The notes under the pieces are model-generated. The model ran no database searches. It saw only the letters and a list, made by a program, of their open reading frames with translations, and was not told the origin of the DNA. 64,000 nucleotides of DNA from Chlorokybus atmophyticus. Lineage: Eukaryota; Plantae; Mesostigma and Chlorokybus algae. This document shows, one piece after another, positions 61,341 through 64,000 of this stretch; the stretch's first letter is position 1, and each line of letters begins with the position of its first letter. The translations under genes and the position numbers were made by a program. The stretch is taken from assembly GCA_009103225.1 (NCBI GenBank), contig RHPI01003261.1, positions 1 to 64,000 on the forward strand. Direction: 5' to 3'.

Positions 61341-62508
61341 TGTAACTTAGTCTCTCCTACCATGAGAGCTTCAAGCTCTTAGTTTGTTGTGTGACTTTGT
61401 GCTAGTTGTTTTATCGTGTGTTGAGGTTTATGTTGATAATGCTGCGCATGCATAGAGCACCGCAACGCCAACCAAGGTAGTTGTAGGGGCAAGCCGTGGT
61501 GGTGGTCAGACCGGAACCGCGCACACGTCCATTGTTGCCCTCTCCGGTAGCGCAACGCTCCGAGCATGCTGCAGTGCATTAGCAATCGGCGCATGCACAT
61601 GGACACACGAAGCCTGACATGCAGTTAGCAAGCGCTAGACACACCATGTACATAGGCTGACCAACGTGACAAGCGAAACCAAGCACGCGCACACGCAAAC
61701 GCAGTCACAAGCCAACAAGCAGCCCAAAGTAAACCATTAAGGCTGGGGCAACAACTAATGTGTACGTGCACTAACTATATGCATGCAATGGGCGGAGGGG
61801 CGGGCAGGCAAGCAGGCAGTGACTTCTCATATACTAACAGCGACAGCGTCACACCAAGCTACGTACTGTCAACCCTGCCTATCACTGCACAAGCATACTC
61901 ACACGCATGCCAGCGGCATGCAAAGGCAGTGGGCACGACAACAAAGCCTAGCAGACCTGAGCAAGCAGGTTTACATATGTATAGGATACAACAAATGGCT
62001 AATAAACATTTTGTATATAGAGTTGGAGAGTTAGCAGGCAATACCATGTGCTGGACCACACGGCGAGCACCGTTGGTGATCAGCTCGTGGAAGGACCCAG
62101 AGTGGTCTTGGCTGCTAGAGGCACCTGAACCTGTGTCCAGACACTTGGTCTCGATTGCTTATACAACCCATCCAATTCTTTTGCTTCGTTACTGCAAGTG
62201 TTAGTTTGCCATGGCATATACGCATAGTGCATCTTTCAATGAGACAACATGTGCACTTATATAGGACACAAGGCCATGCCGCCTGTTATTACACTTCCTC
62301 AGCAAACTGGCTGCAGTCTTGAGGAAGCCCTTTGCAGCATTTTCTGTTGACTCTAAATAGAAACTGATACAAGTGTGATGCATGCAGCGAGATGCGCATG
62401 CGCAGGCACTGTTCATCCGGGCAACATCATGATTGCCAGCTGCAAAGCAACAAGTGCACCCACGCATATCAACTAAATAAACACAGCGCACTGGAGTGAA
62501 GTGGCGGG

Positions 62509-64000
62509 CTATGTGCGGCTACGATGTCTGCTGCTGCCTCGACTGCTACTACTGCGACGATGTCTGTACTGATGATCACTGCTGCGAATGGCAGACAACT
62601 GTTCCCTGAAAAAGGGGTGGTTTAGGGCTTCTGATGCTTTTAAACGCTCAGAGGGCTCGTACTTCAACAGTCCGCTCAGCAGGTCGGCAAAAGCAGACAT
62701 TGCTGGACTCCTTTCCTTGTCATACAACATATCCTGCAAAGGATCGCATGCGCATGAGCACAAACCGATCTTGCGTATCAACCCTTAGCCAACATATAAG
62801 CAGTATGCTCACCCGCAAACGGTCCAGTCGTCGAACGGCTCGTATGCTTTCATGAGAGGAAGCGCCGTCTGGCCAGTTGAGTACATGGCCATCGTGATGC
62901 CGAAAATAGTGTTGGGAATGGCGGCTGTGATGAAAACAAGCTGATGAGAGCATGTTTTGGGTGCAATGCCAAAATGAGCAATGCCTTGCGTGATTGTTTG
63001 CACTGATGTTGAGACAAAACTTACTCAGCGCGCGAAGCCAAGTGTTGCGGTATGGAGCCCAAAACGCGCTCCATCATGGCGAGATGCTCCAAATTGTCAT
63101 GCGTTTGAAACAGAGCGTTGCCCTGGCAACATAACATGCATTCAACAAAAAGGGTGCATGCCACCAGGTTTGCACCCATGAAACATACATCCCTCACCGT
63201 CACCAGCTCAATCAGGATGCAGCCGATACTCCACATATCGCACGGGTACGACCAGCCAAGGCCTGCAAGCAACAGCTTATTAGCACCACATACTTCACAT
63301 TGGTAACTGCTGGAATATGCTTGTCACTGTCGACTTGCATCCAGGTGGCATCCCACCAAGTATGACTTCTGGCGCACGATAGTGGCGTGTTGACACAATG
63401 CGCGAATGGTACTGCCCATCAAATGTAGCACTGCCAAAATCTATAAGCTTGATCTGTTTTGAGACAGGAACTCGCTTGTGGCCCTTATCCTGAACGCAGA
63501 CCATGCACGCAAAGCACCGAATATCATTGAATGACAGAGTTAGTAGTAAGCACTCTACACAGTGTTGATCATACAACTTGGTGCACGATATGTGGCATGA
63601 TGTACCACAAGCACTGCATGGTGTTTATGCTACAACATGCAGTGCCTGAGCCAACTACTCGGTACCTTGTGAGGCACCTTCGTGTAAGCTGAAGACACGA
63701 GAAGAATGTTCTCCGGCTTCAAGTCTGTATGGATGAGTGTCGTTTCATGCAAGACTGAAGCGTCTCTGTTAAGGGAACCAGCACCAGCTTGGTAATCTGT
63801 GCGCGCAAGCATGCATATATGACGAATGTGTGCAATGCCAGCTGCAACAGGATACAGGCTACGGCCTCAAGTATTTGCTTGGCGATGTCTTGGACAATGC
63901 TGAGTGAGAACCCTCTGTACCGATTCTTCCGCAAGAAGTCATACAGACTGAGCCCCAGTTTCTCAAAGACCTGAAGCCATCAACGTGAGAACAGGACACA
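62509..64000 (-). CDS. AFC: LAMMER (CLK/AFC) kinase, 3' part; the 5' end lies beyond the window
   Basis: [71 protein letters not shown]. Confidence 0.96.

Overview
Eukaryotic, intron-rich nuclear DNA from a green alga. Plant-type EHD, DUF1824, plastid GNAT and AFC kinase genes with short introns suggest an early-diverging streptophyte; the taxon is inferred, not determined. Recognisable host genes are PMP3/RCI2, V-ATPase subunit a, SMC4, a DUF1824 protein, EHD, EXO1, two zinc-ribbon paralogs, RAD9, a GNAT acetyltransferase and the 3' half of a LAMMER kinase. Two accessory blocks (1-6.5 kb and about 31.9-41.3 kb) hold the unusual material. (i) A Ty3/Gypsy family with about 79-bp LTRs occurs once as a gag/protease-less but intact RT-RNase H chimaera and once as a 527-bp TRIM with a 5-bp TSD. 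In both, a tRNA-type Pol III A box (in the LTR) and B box (just past the PBS) lie 33 nt apart. (ii) Two copies of an unclassified, multi-gene, intron-containing DNA element carry divergent gene pairs separated by GTAC-rich palindromes and near-loopless perfect hairpins, and each copy is interrupted by that LTR family. (iii) There are two tail-to-tail pRiA4b ORF-3-like genes, one with a spliceosomal intron. (iv) There are three degenerate copies of an unknown spliced gene. All calls come from manual reading and translation; no database searches were run, and inner exon boundaries are approximate unless stated.
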